NCBI GenBank assembly: GCA_964496765.1
Contig: CAZCAP010000003.1
Location: 36,854 to 68,853 of the forward strand
DNA length: 32,000 nucleotides
From: an uncultured archaeon
GTDB lineage: Archaea; Iainarchaeota; Iainarchaeia; Iainarchaeales; CSSED10-239
Direction of reading: 5' to 3'
Shown: positions 7,715-16,964 of the stretch, piece by piece
Layout: each line of letters opens with the position of its first letter
How positions within the stretch are numbered: the first letter of the stretch is position 1
Translations under genes and position numbers: made by a program
Notes under the pieces: generated by a model
Database searches by the model: none
What the model saw: only the letters and a program-made list of their open reading frames with translations
Told to the model about the DNA's origin: nothing

Positions 7715-8596
7715 TTAACTTTTTTTTCGTTTTAGATCTAGTCTTTTGCTATATTTGTATTCCCCTTTGTGAATACCCATTTTTGTTTTCTTTTGATTAT
7801 CTCTATATTTTATTACTCTATCTTCTCTGTATTGTTGTAAATCATTGGAAATAACTCCTGGTCCACCTATGCACCCACCCTTGCAAAAAAGAATGTCTAT
7901 GAACTTGATTTTTTTGTTTTTTTCCATTTCTTTTACTGCCCATGCAATGTTTTTTGGACCATCTACAATTAACACTTCATCAGGAGATAAGATATTTCTC
8001 ACATGCATTGTTTCAGCAACTGCTCCAGATAATGGGTAAATTTTTGTATAGTCATTATACACTTTATCAAAATCTATATCTTTTGTTTTAATATTTGATT
8101 TTTTAAATAATTTGTTTTTTTTAAAATAGTTTATAATTTCAACAAGTTCTGAAAAGGTAATTGCAAAATCTATATCTTTTTTGTTGTTGATTGCTTCTTG
8201 TTTTTTTGCTAAACAAGGGCCAACAAAGATTCTTTTTTGGTTTGGAAGCTCTTTTTTTAAATATCTGCCCATTATAACCATTGGTGATGCAATCTCAATA
8301 AGTTTGTTTTTGTGATGTGGATATTTGTTCTCAATTACTGTTATAATTGTTGGGCAGTTCGAACAAATAAATTGTTTTTTATCTTTTTTTTTAATGCTTT
8401 CCTTAATTATCTCGTGATATTTTCTATTAATAAGCTTTGCTGCAAAGGTTAGTTCTACAATCTTATCAAAACCAATCCCCTTGAGGTCAAAAAGAATGTC
8501 AGGATATTTAAAATCAACAGGAAAAGAAGGAGCAAGAAGGCAAACACACTTCTCAGTTTGTAATGTGTTAACAATATCTAATAAATCTTTATTCAT
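7715..8596 (-). CDS. Stand-alone [FeFe]-hydrogenase large-subunit C-terminal (H-cluster) domain protein
   Basis: CLLAPSFPVDF...GFDKIVELTFAAKL; FICSNCPTIITVIENKYPHHKNKLIEIASPMVIMGRYLK (L1-like), IFVGPCLAKKQEA (L2-like), IDILFCKGGCIGGPGV (L3-like). No N-terminal ferredoxin-like domain. Confidence 0.85.
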   Translation of the reverse strand: MNKDLLDIVNTLQTEKCVCLLAPSFPVDFKYPDILFDLKGIGFDKIVELTFAAKLINRKYHEIIKESIKKKDKKQFICSNCPTIITVIENKYPHHKNKLIEIASPMVIMGRYLKKELPNQKRIFVGPCLAKKQEAINNKKDIDFAITFSELVEIINYFKKNKLFKKSNIKTKDIDFDKVYNDYTKIYPLSGAVAETMHVRNILSPDEVLIVDGPKNIAWAVKEMEKNKKIKFIDILFCKGGCIGGPGVISNDLQQYREDRVIKYRDNQKKTKMGIHKGEYKYSKRLDLKRKKS

Positions 8597-8603
8597 AGTT
8601 TAT

Positions 8604-9569
8604 CTATTTTATAAATTTATTATATTTACTCTTCTTATTTTTTAATAACACAATTCTTGATTGTGGCACATCATCAATAATTTTAAAAAGCTTGGATTCT
8701 TTTTCAAGAAGATGTGCATAGTTAGATACATCAGTAAAACTTGGCATATTATCTATTTTTAAATTATTTCTTGATTCTCCAAGAAACATGTATGATTTTA
8801 CTTCAAGAAAATCTGCATTACTTTTCTCAAATAGTTTAATGTATTTTTTAACATATACAGGATTATCATTAAGTCCTTTAATTAAAGTAAACCTAATTAC
8901 TCTTCTTGTTTTTAATTTTGAAACAATGGTCATGGTTTTAAGTAATCTTTCCCAGGCATTCTTTATTTTTGGTCTATTTATTTTTTTGTGGGTTTCTTTG
9001 TCTGGTGCAGAAACAGAAATATATAATTGAGTAGGAAGTGCTTTTTCCTTTTCTAGTTTTTTAAACATCTTTGGTTCTTGCCCATTTGATACAAGGAATA
9101 TACTTTTTATTTCTTTTTTGGTTTTAAGATATTTAATCATTTCTGGTAAATGAGGATAGATTGTAGGTTCCCCAGCAAGAGATATTGCAACATGACTTGG
9201 AATAACTGATTCCTCAAGTAATCTTTTGTTGGAACCATGATATCCAAAAAATCCAGAAAGCAGTTTTTCACGTTCTTTAAATAAACCATCAATTATTTCT
9301 TTTGGGTCATCAAGTTTTTCTTTTATTTCTGGATGTTTCATATTTTCTGCTGGTCTCCAACAAAAAACACAATTTTGATGACACCAGAGTACTGCTGGGG
9401 TTATTTGAGCACATCTATGACAATCAACGTTATAGAATCTTTGTTTATAGCATACTCCTTCGTTTCTTAGTGCTTTTTTGTTCCATTCACATATTTCTAC
9501 AGCAGAATGAGATCCAAAAATACCATAGTGTTTGTGTTTTAAATCTTTAAAAACTTCCTCTTTATTCAT
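8604..9569 (-). CDS. taw1: 4-demethylwyosine synthase TYW1 (Taw1), radical SAM
   Basis: HSAVEICEWNKKALRNEGVCYKQRFYNVDCHRCAQITPAVLWCHQNCVFCWRP (auxiliary cysteines plus CxxxCxxC), VAISLAGEPTIYPHLPEMIKYLK, YISVSAPDKETHKKINRP. ATG at 9569 preferred over the track's 9656. Confidence 0.92.
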   Translation of the reverse strand: MNKEEVFKDLKHKHYGIFGSHSAVEICEWNKKALRNEGVCYKQRFYNVDCHRCAQITPAVLWCHQNCVFCWRPAENMKHPEIKEKLDDPKEIIDGLFKEREKLLSGFFGYHGSNKRLLEESVIPSHVAISLAGEPTIYPHLPEMIKYLKTKKEIKSIFLVSNGQEPKMFKKLEKEKALPTQLYISVSAPDKETHKKINRPKIKNAWERLLKTMTIVSKLKTRRVIRFTLIKGLNDNPVYVKKYIKLFEKSNADFLEVKSYMFLGESRNNLKIDNMPSFTDVSNYAHLLEKESKLFKIIDDVPQSRIVLLKNKKSKYNKFIK

Positions 9570-9704
9570 ATTTGTTTTCCTAGAGTAAATTAAAATAGTA
9601 TTACTATATATAATATGATAGAAATTATTTAAAATAGGGTATGTTTTTAAATACATTTGTGTATTTATATATTATTTTATGGTGATAAATAAAGTGGTGA
9701 TATT

Positions 9705-11225
9705 TTGAAAAAGAAAATTACAAAAACAAAGATTAAAAGACCTATTGCAAAAGTGGCTAGGAAGAGTTCAAAAAAAGTAATCCCACACAAATCTATCAAA
9801 AAGCATGTTTTAGTAAAGCCTGTTGAACATATTCCATTGAAACCAAAACTTGAAAAATTGCACGTTAAGCATAGAGGACTTACAAAAACGCAAAAATGGT
9901 TATTTTCTGGGGTAGTGTTTCTTGTGATCATTATTATACTTCTTGCGTTTCTAATACCACCAACTACTTTTGTAAATCCAGTAATTGATGAAAATATAAC
10001 CACTGATTCAATAGACACTAATTTTTCACCAATAGATTCCAATCAGGTAATGAGTATTGAGCAATTTCAAAATATTTCTTTAGATCTTCAACAGAGGGTT
10101 TATGGTGAAATAAAATCAGAGCAACAAAAGATTATTGCATCACACTATCAGGAGCTTGGCCTTAATTCAGAACAAATAAATTCTTGTGTTTATTTAAATG
10201 ATTTCACAAGATCTGATGTTAATGTTGAAAATTCAAAAATATTATTGAAGATCCAAAAGGACACATATATTGCTCCAATCCTTGGAATATCAGAAGCACC
10301 AGGTATGTTTGTTAATGGTTATTATTTATCAGGAGAACCAACCTATGCTCAACTTAAGGAAAAAATTGATTTTGCATTAGCTGATAGCCCTATTTCTTGG
10401 AACTATGATAATAATAATTATGTATCTAATACAATAGCAAGTCCAACAATCACTATTATCTACAATGAAGACCATGAATTAATTAAAAATAAAACACTAG
10501 ATTTTATTAATTACCTAAAAATATCTGAATCATTAACACCAGAGCTTAGATCTTTCTTTACTGATTTGTTTAAAGAAATTCCAGTTAATTATTATTCATA
10601 CACATCAACAAAGGGAATTAATCTAATTGAGGCACTTGATATTCAGGTAATTCCTGTTATTTATATTGAAGGAGATATAAGTCAACTTCAGGTTATTTCG
10701 AATGTAAATAATAATGAATTGTTTTCATATCTTTTCCTAAAAACAGATGCTGGTGGATATATATTAAACCAGAAAATTGCCTATGATATACTTGTAACAT
10801 CAAAAATTGATTCAGTACATCAGATTATAGATTACTCATTAATTGCAGATAAGGATGATTATATAATTGGAAATAAAGATGCAAAGGTTACACTTTATTT
10901 ATTCTCCAATTATGATTGTCAGGCCTGTGCTGATTTTGAAAACACAAATTTAAATAAATTAATGACTGACTATGTTAACACAAATAAAATAAAATTTGTT
11001 AAAAAGGACTTTATTGTTCGTGAGATGGCTTCTCTCTATCCAACTATATTTGTGAGATGTGCACAGGAGCAAAATAAATATCTTGAAACAAATAAATTGT
11101 TATTTGATTTGAGTGCTGAACTTGGAACTGATGGATTTGTTAAAACTGTTATGGATAGACACCAATCAGAGATAGATTATCTTACAACTGAGTATCAAAA
11201 GATAATTGATGCCCAAAAGAAATGA
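9705..11225 (+). CDS. Membrane-anchored DsbA-like thioredoxin-fold protein, probably multidomain
   Basis: TM helix (WLFSGVVFLVIIIILLAFLIPP); DsbA-like tail LGISEAPGMFVNGYYLSGEPTYAQLKEKIDFAL; C-terminal GNKDAKVTLYLFSNYDCQACADFEN with CxxC. Confidence 0.75.
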   Translation: MKKKITKTKIKRPIAKVARKSSKKVIPHKSIKKHVLVKPVEHIPLKPKLEKLHVKHRGLTKTQKWLFSGVVFLVIIIILLAFLIPPTTFVNPVIDENITTDSIDTNFSPIDSNQVMSIEQFQNISLDLQQRVYGEIKSEQQKIIASHYQELGLNSEQINSCVYLNDFTRSDVNVENSKILLKIQKDTYIAPILGISEAPGMFVNGYYLSGEPTYAQLKEKIDFALADSPISWNYDNNNYVSNTIASPTITIIYNEDHELIKNKTLDFINYLKISESLTPELRSFFTDLFKEIPVNYYSYTSTKGINLIEALDIQVIPVIYIEGDISQLQVISNVNNNELFSYLFLKTDAGGYILNQKIAYDILVTSKIDSVHQIIDYSLIADKDDYIIGNKDAKVTLYLFSNYDCQACADFENTNLNKLMTDYVNTNKIKFVKKDFIVREMASLYPTIFVRCAQEQNKYLETNKLLFDLSAELGTDGFVKTVMDRHQSEIDYLTTEYQKIIDAQKK

Positions 11226-11300
11226 ATTAATTTCATTTCTTTTTAATTTTTTAATAAGAAATACCTCTTTTTAAAGTTTCTTATTCTTATATTATATAGT

Positions 11301-11373
11301 GGGCCCGTAGCCTAGTGGATAGGGCAACAGCCTTCTAAGCTGTAGGTCGTGGGTTCGAATCCCACCGGGCTCG
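11301..11373 (+). tRNA. tRNA-Arg (TCT)
   Basis: Acceptor GGGCCCG/CGGGCTC, anticodon arm ACAGC-CTTCTAA-GCTGT (anticodon TCT), T arm GTGGG-TTCGAAT-CCCAC, discriminator G. Confidence 0.95.
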
Positions 11374-11416
11374 CTTTTAATTTCGTTTTAATTAAATAAG
11401 GGAATAATGTGGAAAA

Positions 11417-13129
11417 ATGATTGATTACAAGTTAGAGTTTGCAAAGCTTCTAGAAAAAGCAATTTTAAAAGATGAATTTGATTCCTTTAGATTAATTGCA
11501 TTAATTGAAAGACCACCAGAAAAAGCAATGGGTGATTTTTCTTTCCCAACATTTACTTTAGCTAAAGTTTTTAAAAAAACACCTATACTAATATCTGAAG
11601 AATTTGTAAATAAATTAAAAGAAGATGAAGGTACGTTTATTTTTTCTTCTGTTGCTGGTTATATAAATGCGAAAATAAAATCAGAACTTTTATTCTCAGA
11701 AATAATAACAGAAGTAATTTCTAAGGGTAAAGATTATGGAAAACAAGAGCTTGATAGTAATCAATATGTTATTGATACATTTAATGCTAATCCTCTAAAG
11801 GTATTACACATCGGGCATCTTAGAAATATAGTTACTGGTGATGCAATCTATAGATTATTAAAGTTTGTGGGTGCTGATCCAATTCCAGTATCCTATGGAG
11901 GAGATATAGGTACTCACATAGCTAAATGGTATTGGTATTATCAAAAACTAACTCCCGAAGAAAAGAATATTCCAAAAAAGAACGTTTCTAAATGGTTTGG
12001 AAATATATACATCAAAGCTGGACTTCTTTTAGAAACAAATGAAGAGGTTTACAAGAAAGAAATAGATGATCTTCAGGTTAGGATTATGAATGATGAAGCT
12101 CTTCAAAATGAAATAAAAATACTAGTTAAAGAAAGTCATGATGCATATATGGAAGTTGGTTGTGAACTTGGAGTTTATTTAGCAAATAGCTTCTTTGAAT
12201 CAACTGCAGAAAAGGAATTCATGGAAATGAAGGATTTTTTATATAATAACTATAAGGATTTATTTATTGAGAGTGAAGGTGCAATTGTTGCGGATCTAAA
12301 GGACCCAGAGCTTGGTAAATTCATATTAATTAAACAGAATGGAGCACCTCTCTATGGTGCAAAAGATATTGGGCTGGTTAAATTAAAGATGAAGGCATAC
12401 CCTAATTGCCATGATTTTCTATATATCATTGCATCTGAACAGGATTTTTATCTAAAGCAATTATTTGCATTATTTAAATTAATTTATCCAAATACAAATC
12501 ATCAACACATTAGTCATGGGCTTATAAATAGTTTAGAAGGTAAAATGAAATCAAGAGAAGGCAGTATAATTCTCTATGAGGATTTTAGAGATGAACTTTT
12601 TTCTCGTGTCAAGGATGTGTTAGTGGAAAATGGTCTTGATATTGATGAAGAAATTGTTAAGGATATTTCCTTTGGAGTAATTAAATTTGAGATGTTGAAA
12701 ATAGGTGTTAATAAAAACATAGTATTTGATATTGATTCTGCTCTTGATTTGCAAGGAGATTCTGCACCCTATATACAATATAGTGGAGTGAGAGCGAAAA
12801 GCATACTTAAAAAAACAGGAAATACAACAATTAAGATATCTAAGAATGTTGGACAAATTGATTTTAAACAAGAAGAAAGAGATCTTCTATCTGAAATCAG
12901 TTTGTTTAGGGAAAAGGTTGAAGAGGCCCATAGGGAATACAAACCAAATGTGATTGCTACCTATTGTCTATCTTTATCAAGAAACTTTAATAAATTCTAT
13001 GCAGCTTGTCAGGTTTTAGATGAGGATGAGCTAATTAAAAATAATAGGTTATTATTAACAAAGACCTTTTTAATTACCCTAACAAATGCTCTAGCAATAC
13101 TTGGAATAAACATTCCTGATAGGATGTAA
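11417..13129 (+). CDS. argS: Arginine--tRNA ligase
   Basis: FNANPLKVLHIGHLRNIVTGDAIYRLLKFVGADPIPVSYGGDIGTHIAK (HIGH), LINSLEGKMKSREGSIILYEDF, APYIQYSGVRAKSILKK, C-terminal anticodon-binding domain ending LLTKTFLITLTNALAILGINIPDRM. Confidence 0.96.
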   Translation: MIDYKLEFAKLLEKAILKDEFDSFRLIALIERPPEKAMGDFSFPTFTLAKVFKKTPILISEEFVNKLKEDEGTFIFSSVAGYINAKIKSELLFSEIITEVISKGKDYGKQELDSNQYVIDTFNANPLKVLHIGHLRNIVTGDAIYRLLKFVGADPIPVSYGGDIGTHIAKWYWYYQKLTPEEKNIPKKNVSKWFGNIYIKAGLLLETNEEVYKKEIDDLQVRIMNDEALQNEIKILVKESHDAYMEVGCELGVYLANSFFESTAEKEFMEMKDFLYNNYKDLFIESEGAIVADLKDPELGKFILIKQNGAPLYGAKDIGLVKLKMKAYPNCHDFLYIIASEQDFYLKQLFALFKLIYPNTNHQHISHGLINSLEGKMKSREGSIILYEDFRDELFSRVKDVLVENGLDIDEEIVKDISFGVIKFEMLKIGVNKNIVFDIDSALDLQGDSAPYIQYSGVRAKSILKKTGNTTIKISKNVGQIDFKQEERDLLSEISLFREKVEEAHREYKPNVIATYCLSLSRNFNKFYAACQVLDEDELIKNNRLLLTKTFLITLTNALAILGINIPDRM

Positions 13130-13146
13130 TTTTGGTGTGATTTATT

Positions 13147-13779
13147 TTGAAAATGAAAACTGAATTTACTGATTTTATATTTGAGGAAATCATAGATAAA
13201 GAACCAATTGACAATCTAGTTAATACATTAACTTCTTTATCAATTAAAACTGTTTATGTGATGAGAGAAATTAAAAATAAATCTGATTTAGCTTTAGAAT
13301 ACATGCTTCCTCCATCTACCACTATTAATTTCAAAAAAGCATACTTATTCTATGATATTTCTTTAATTCCATTTTTCAAAACTAGGAATGAGGATGGAAA
13401 TAAACCATTAATACTTGCCTATGGTGGAGATGTTAAAAAAAACTCAATAATTCTTGAAAAAGAAAGAGGGATAAATATATTACTTAATCCACTTTCAGAA
13501 AAATTATCCTTTGATACTGCATCAACTAATCTTGCAAAAGTAAATAAAATAATTATTGGGTTTAATCTTAATTTGTTTAGAGATAAACCCTATTCTTCAA
13601 TTAAACAAGCAAGATTTATAATTTCTTTACTTATAAAAAATAAGATAGATATGAGATTTTGTTCCTGTGCTAGAAGATTGATTGATCTGGTGGATCCACA
13701 AATCACTGAATCCCTATTATTAAATTTCAAATTAGAAAAGGAAACAAGTAAAAGATTCCTTATGGGTGGGGGATATTAG
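13147..13779 (+). CDS. rnp3: Ribonuclease P protein component 3 (Rpp30 family)
   Basis: RNase P p30-like features (KVNKIIIGFNLNLFR...SSIKQARFIISLLIKNKIDMRFCSCARRLIDLVDPQ) and position directly upstream of Pop5 in the exosome superoperon. Confidence 0.8.
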   Translation: MKMKTEFTDFIFEEIIDKEPIDNLVNTLTSLSIKTVYVMREIKNKSDLALEYMLPPSTTINFKKAYLFYDISLIPFFKTRNEDGNKPLILAYGGDVKKNSIILEKERGINILLNPLSEKLSFDTASTNLAKVNKIIIGFNLNLFRDKPYSSIKQARFIISLLIKNKIDMRFCSCARRLIDLVDPQITESLLLNFKLEKETSKRFLMGGGY

Positions 13780-13784
13780 ATAAT

Positions 13785-14126
13785 ATGAACTCAAAGAAAA
13801 AGAAGTTGAATGTAATTCCTCCAACATTGAGAGATAAAAAAAGGTATGTTTCATTTAATGTTTCAAGAATAGGACCTGAGATTCAAAATGAAAATGATGT
13901 TTTCAGAATAATTATTAAGAACTTTGAAAAAGTTCATGGATTATTTAAATCAGTTTCTGCAAATATAACAATAATCTCATTTAATAAACAAGAAAAAGAA
14001 ATACTTCTAAGAGTTAATAAGGATAATCTTGATGATTTATTAACTAGCATGTTCTTCCTAAAGGACCAGTTCTCGTTAATTAGCATAAAAACCATTAGCC
14101 AAACAATAAAAAAGAGCAAAAAATAA
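13785..14126 (+). CDS. rnp2: Ribonuclease P protein component 2 (Pop5 family)
   Basis: PPTLRDKKRYVSFNV N-terminus, length 113 aa, position between Rpp30 and psmA. Confidence 0.82.
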   Translation: MNSKKKKLNVIPPTLRDKKRYVSFNVSRIGPEIQNENDVFRIIIKNFEKVHGLFKSVSANITIISFNKQEKEILLRVNKDNLDDLLTSMFFLKDQFSLISIKTISQTIKKSKK

Positions 14127-14281
14127 TCATTTCTAAGAATTAATTCAATTCTTCTCTTTGTTACACAAAAATCTAATTTAGGTAAGCTTTTTAATGATTA
14201 TCTCCCATATTATATATTATATAAAGACTATTTTGGTTATTTTAACTAATTTAATTAATTTAAGGAAAAAAGGTGAATAAT

Positions 14282-15007
14282 TTGTTTTCAGTTTCTCAAA
14301 ATAATAACATGGCACAGGCATATGATAGGTCGATCACAGTTTTTAGTCCTGAAGGACACTTGTATCAGGTTGACTATGCGTCAAAGATTATTGAAAAGGG
14401 GTCTCCAGTAGTAGCAATTTCATATAAGGATGGAATTATTATTGTTGCAGACAAGAAAATATTTTCTTCTCTTATAATTCCTGAATCTGTTGAAAAAGTA
14501 TTTAAGATAGATCAACATGTTTGGGTTGCATGTTCAGGATTAATTGGAGATGGAAGAAGGCTTGTTGATTTTGCAAGACAAATTGCACAGGAGAACAAGA
14601 CCTACTATGATGATCCCATTGAGATTGAAACACTTGTTAAAAAAGTTGCTTCCATTGTTCAATATTATACACAATATGGAGGAGCAAGACCGTTTGGAGT
14701 TTCGATAATTACTGCGGGAATTGATACTCTTGGCAAGCATATCTATGAAACAGAACCAAGTGGAGCAACAACTGCATATAAGGCTGTTGCAATTGGTCAA
14801 AACAAACAAAAATTAATGGCACATCTTGAAAAAAATTATAAAGTAAACATGTCATTTGATGATGCACTTAAGCTTGCAATTAAAACTCTTACTTTAAATT
14901 TAGAGCCAAAGCAAAAGCTTGAAGCAAATAATATAGAAGTAATAAATATTACAGAAGATGAAAGAAAAGCAATAGTTTCACAGGATAAATATTCTAAGTT
15001 GATTTAA
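14282..15007 (+). CDS. psmA: Proteasome subunit alpha
   Basis: AQAYDRSITVFSPEGHLYQVDYASKIIEKGSPVVAISYKDGIIIVADKK signature. Start probably the TTG at 14282 (AGGTGA upstream) or ATG 14309; the track's GTG at 14273 overlaps the likely ribosome-binding site. Confidence 0.96.
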   Translation: MFSVSQNNNMAQAYDRSITVFSPEGHLYQVDYASKIIEKGSPVVAISYKDGIIIVADKKIFSSLIIPESVEKVFKIDQHVWVACSGLIGDGRRLVDFARQIAQENKTYYDDPIEIETLVKKVASIVQYYTQYGGARPFGVSIITAGIDTLGKHIYETEPSGATTAYKAVAIGQNKQKLMAHLEKNYKVNMSFDDALKLAIKTLTLNLEPKQKLEANNIEVINITEDERKAIVSQDKYSKLI

Positions 15008-15030
15008 ACATAAATATGAGATGATGTATT

Positions 15031-15519
15031 ATGCCAGGACCAAAACCAGCAACTAGACCAAAATATAGATTAAAAGAAAATTCAAATTTTTTATTAACAA
15101 AGAATTTAGTGAAATCAAGTTCAAAAGTTATTAAAAAAATGAAGGATGTACAAATGAAAACTCCAGAGGGAAGAATTCGTTTGAACAAAACTATTGAGCA
15201 ATCATCACATGCAAAAGCAACTTTGAGAGATTTTATTTTAAGAGATTATCTAAAAGAAAGACTTAAAAAAGCAAATAAATTATATGTGGAAAAAGTATTT
15301 CATGAAATAAATCAAATTCATTTAATTAAAGAAAAATTTATAACTAAAAATAAAGCTAAAGCATATAATGATGTTATAAAAAAAACATTTAAGGATTTAA
15401 GAGGATTCGAGAGTGGTTCAGGGAAAAGTGGTAAATTAATTAGAAAGGAACCAATTGCGGATAATAAAATTTGTGAGTATCTTAGAGAAAGAAGAATAAT
15501 ATTAGAACATACAAATTAG
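15031..15519 (+). CDS. Unassigned 162-aa basic protein within the exosome superoperon
   Basis: Intact, highly Lys/Arg-rich ORF (MPGPKPATRPKYRLKENSNFLLTKN...) between psmA and SDO1, same strand, short spacers. Confidence 0.75.
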   Translation: MPGPKPATRPKYRLKENSNFLLTKNLVKSSSKVIKKMKDVQMKTPEGRIRLNKTIEQSSHAKATLRDFILRDYLKERLKKANKLYVEKVFHEINQIHLIKEKFITKNKAKAYNDVIKKTFKDLRGFESGSGKSGKLIRKEPIADNKICEYLRERRIILEHTN

Positions 15520-15542
15520 TGAACTAAAAATTTTAATGGGTG

Positions 15543-16274
15543 ATGATTATGTTTTATAAGGGTGAAAAAAATAATGGAAATCTAGAAAACACAGTTGTTG
15601 CTAAATTTAAGAAAGATGGTCACAATTTTGAAATTTTAGTTTATCCTTTTATTGCATGGGATTATAGGCACAATCATCCTGGAGTCACCATTGAACAAGT
15701 TATTGCCTATGATGAAGTATATTCAGATGTTCAAAAAGCAAACACTGCTTCAAAGGAACTATTAATGGAGTGTTTTAATACAGCTGATATTAATAAAATC
15801 GCAGAAAAAATAATTAGAGATGGAGAGGTTCAATTAACAACCGCTCAAAAACAACAATTAACAGAAAAAAAAGAAAAAGAAATAATTGATTACATTGCAA
15901 AGAATGCACATGATCCAAAAGCAAAAACTCCAATCCCTCCACAGAGATTAATTAATGCTTTTGCTGAATTAAAAATAAAAATAAATCTTAATACTCCAAA
16001 AGAAAAAGAAATACAGGAAATACTTGATAAGTTAAAAAGGATTATGCCAATTTCTGTTGAAAAAATAATTGTTGAGGTTGAAGTTCCTGCTCTATATACA
16101 GGAAAGGCATCTGCTGTTATTTTCAAATATGAGGTTGCTGAACAAACCTGGTTAGCATCTGGAGATTTGTTTTGTAAAATAAAAATACCAGCAGGAACTA
16201 AGCAACAGTTGGTGTCTGATCTAAATAACGTAACCCATGGTAACATCGTTATTAGGGTTGAAGGTGCTCAGTAA
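15543..16274 (+). CDS. sdo1: Ribosome assembly factor SDO1/SBDS
   Basis: TVVAKFKKDGHNFEILVYPFIAWDYRH...QVIAYDEVYSDVQKANTASKELLMECF...IPPQRLINAFAELKIKIN. Confidence 0.95.
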   Translation: MIMFYKGEKNNGNLENTVVAKFKKDGHNFEILVYPFIAWDYRHNHPGVTIEQVIAYDEVYSDVQKANTASKELLMECFNTADINKIAEKIIRDGEVQLTTAQKQQLTEKKEKEIIDYIAKNAHDPKAKTPIPPQRLINAFAELKIKINLNTPKEKEIQEILDKLKRIMPISVEKIIVEVEVPALYTGKASAVIFKYEVAEQTWLASGDLFCKIKIPAGTKQQLVSDLNNVTHGNIVIRVEGAQ

Positions 16275-16305
16275 ATATTTAAAAAAAATAAGAAGGTTAT
16301 AATTT

Positions 16306-16920
16306 ATGGACAAAAAAATAGTAGTACCAGGAGATTTACTTACTCTTGAAAAAAAAAAGTTAGGACAAAATACCTTTCTTGAGAATGATAAGGTTTATAG
16401 TTCAGTTATTGGATTAGTTACTGAAAATACAGAATACATTTCAGTCATTGCATTAAATGGGCCATATCTACCTGTTGTTGGAGATGCAATACTTGGAATT
16501 GTTAAATCTGAAATAGTTAATGGATATTTCTTGGATTATCATTCTCCTGGAGAAATATATTTGCCAAAATCCACGCTATCAAAGGAACTAAAGATTGGTT
16601 CAGTAATTTTTGCAAAAATTAGAAATATAACTGAATCAGATTCAATTGAACTTGAAAACGTAAATGTACTCCCACAGGGATATATTTTTAATACATCTCC
16701 AGTTAAAGTTCCAAGACTAATAGGTAAGAATGATTCTATGTTAAACTTGTTTAAGCAGTATACAGAATCTAGTATTGTTATTGGCAAGAATGGATGGGTT
16801 TGGTTTGTTTCGAAAAAACCACAACTACTTGAAAAAGCAATGAGTTTAGTTGTTAATAATTCACAAAAATCAAATCTTACAAATACAATAAAGGAATATC
16901 TAGAAAAAAACACAAAATAA
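16306..16920 (+). CDS. rrp4: Exosome complex RNA-binding subunit Rrp4
   Basis: KIVVPGDLL...GDAILGIVKSEIVNGYFLDYHSPGEIYLP (S1) and RLIGKNDSMLNLFKQYTESSIVIGKNGWVWF (KH). Confidence 0.93.
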   Translation: MDKKIVVPGDLLTLEKKKLGQNTFLENDKVYSSVIGLVTENTEYISVIALNGPYLPVVGDAILGIVKSEIVNGYFLDYHSPGEIYLPKSTLSKELKIGSVIFAKIRNITESDSIELENVNVLPQGYIFNTSPVKVPRLIGKNDSMLNLFKQYTESSIVIGKNGWVWFVSKKPQLLEKAMSLVVNNSQKSNLTNTIKEYLEKNTK

Positions 16921-16964
16921 AATTATTATAATAAAACTAATAAAATAAAAAAAAGTGATAAAAT

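Noticed and set aside
15031-15519. Possible L34e resemblance because of the string MKTPEGRIRLNK
   Set aside because: L34e has a zinc-binding Cys set absent here and is shorter; the match is a few residues only.
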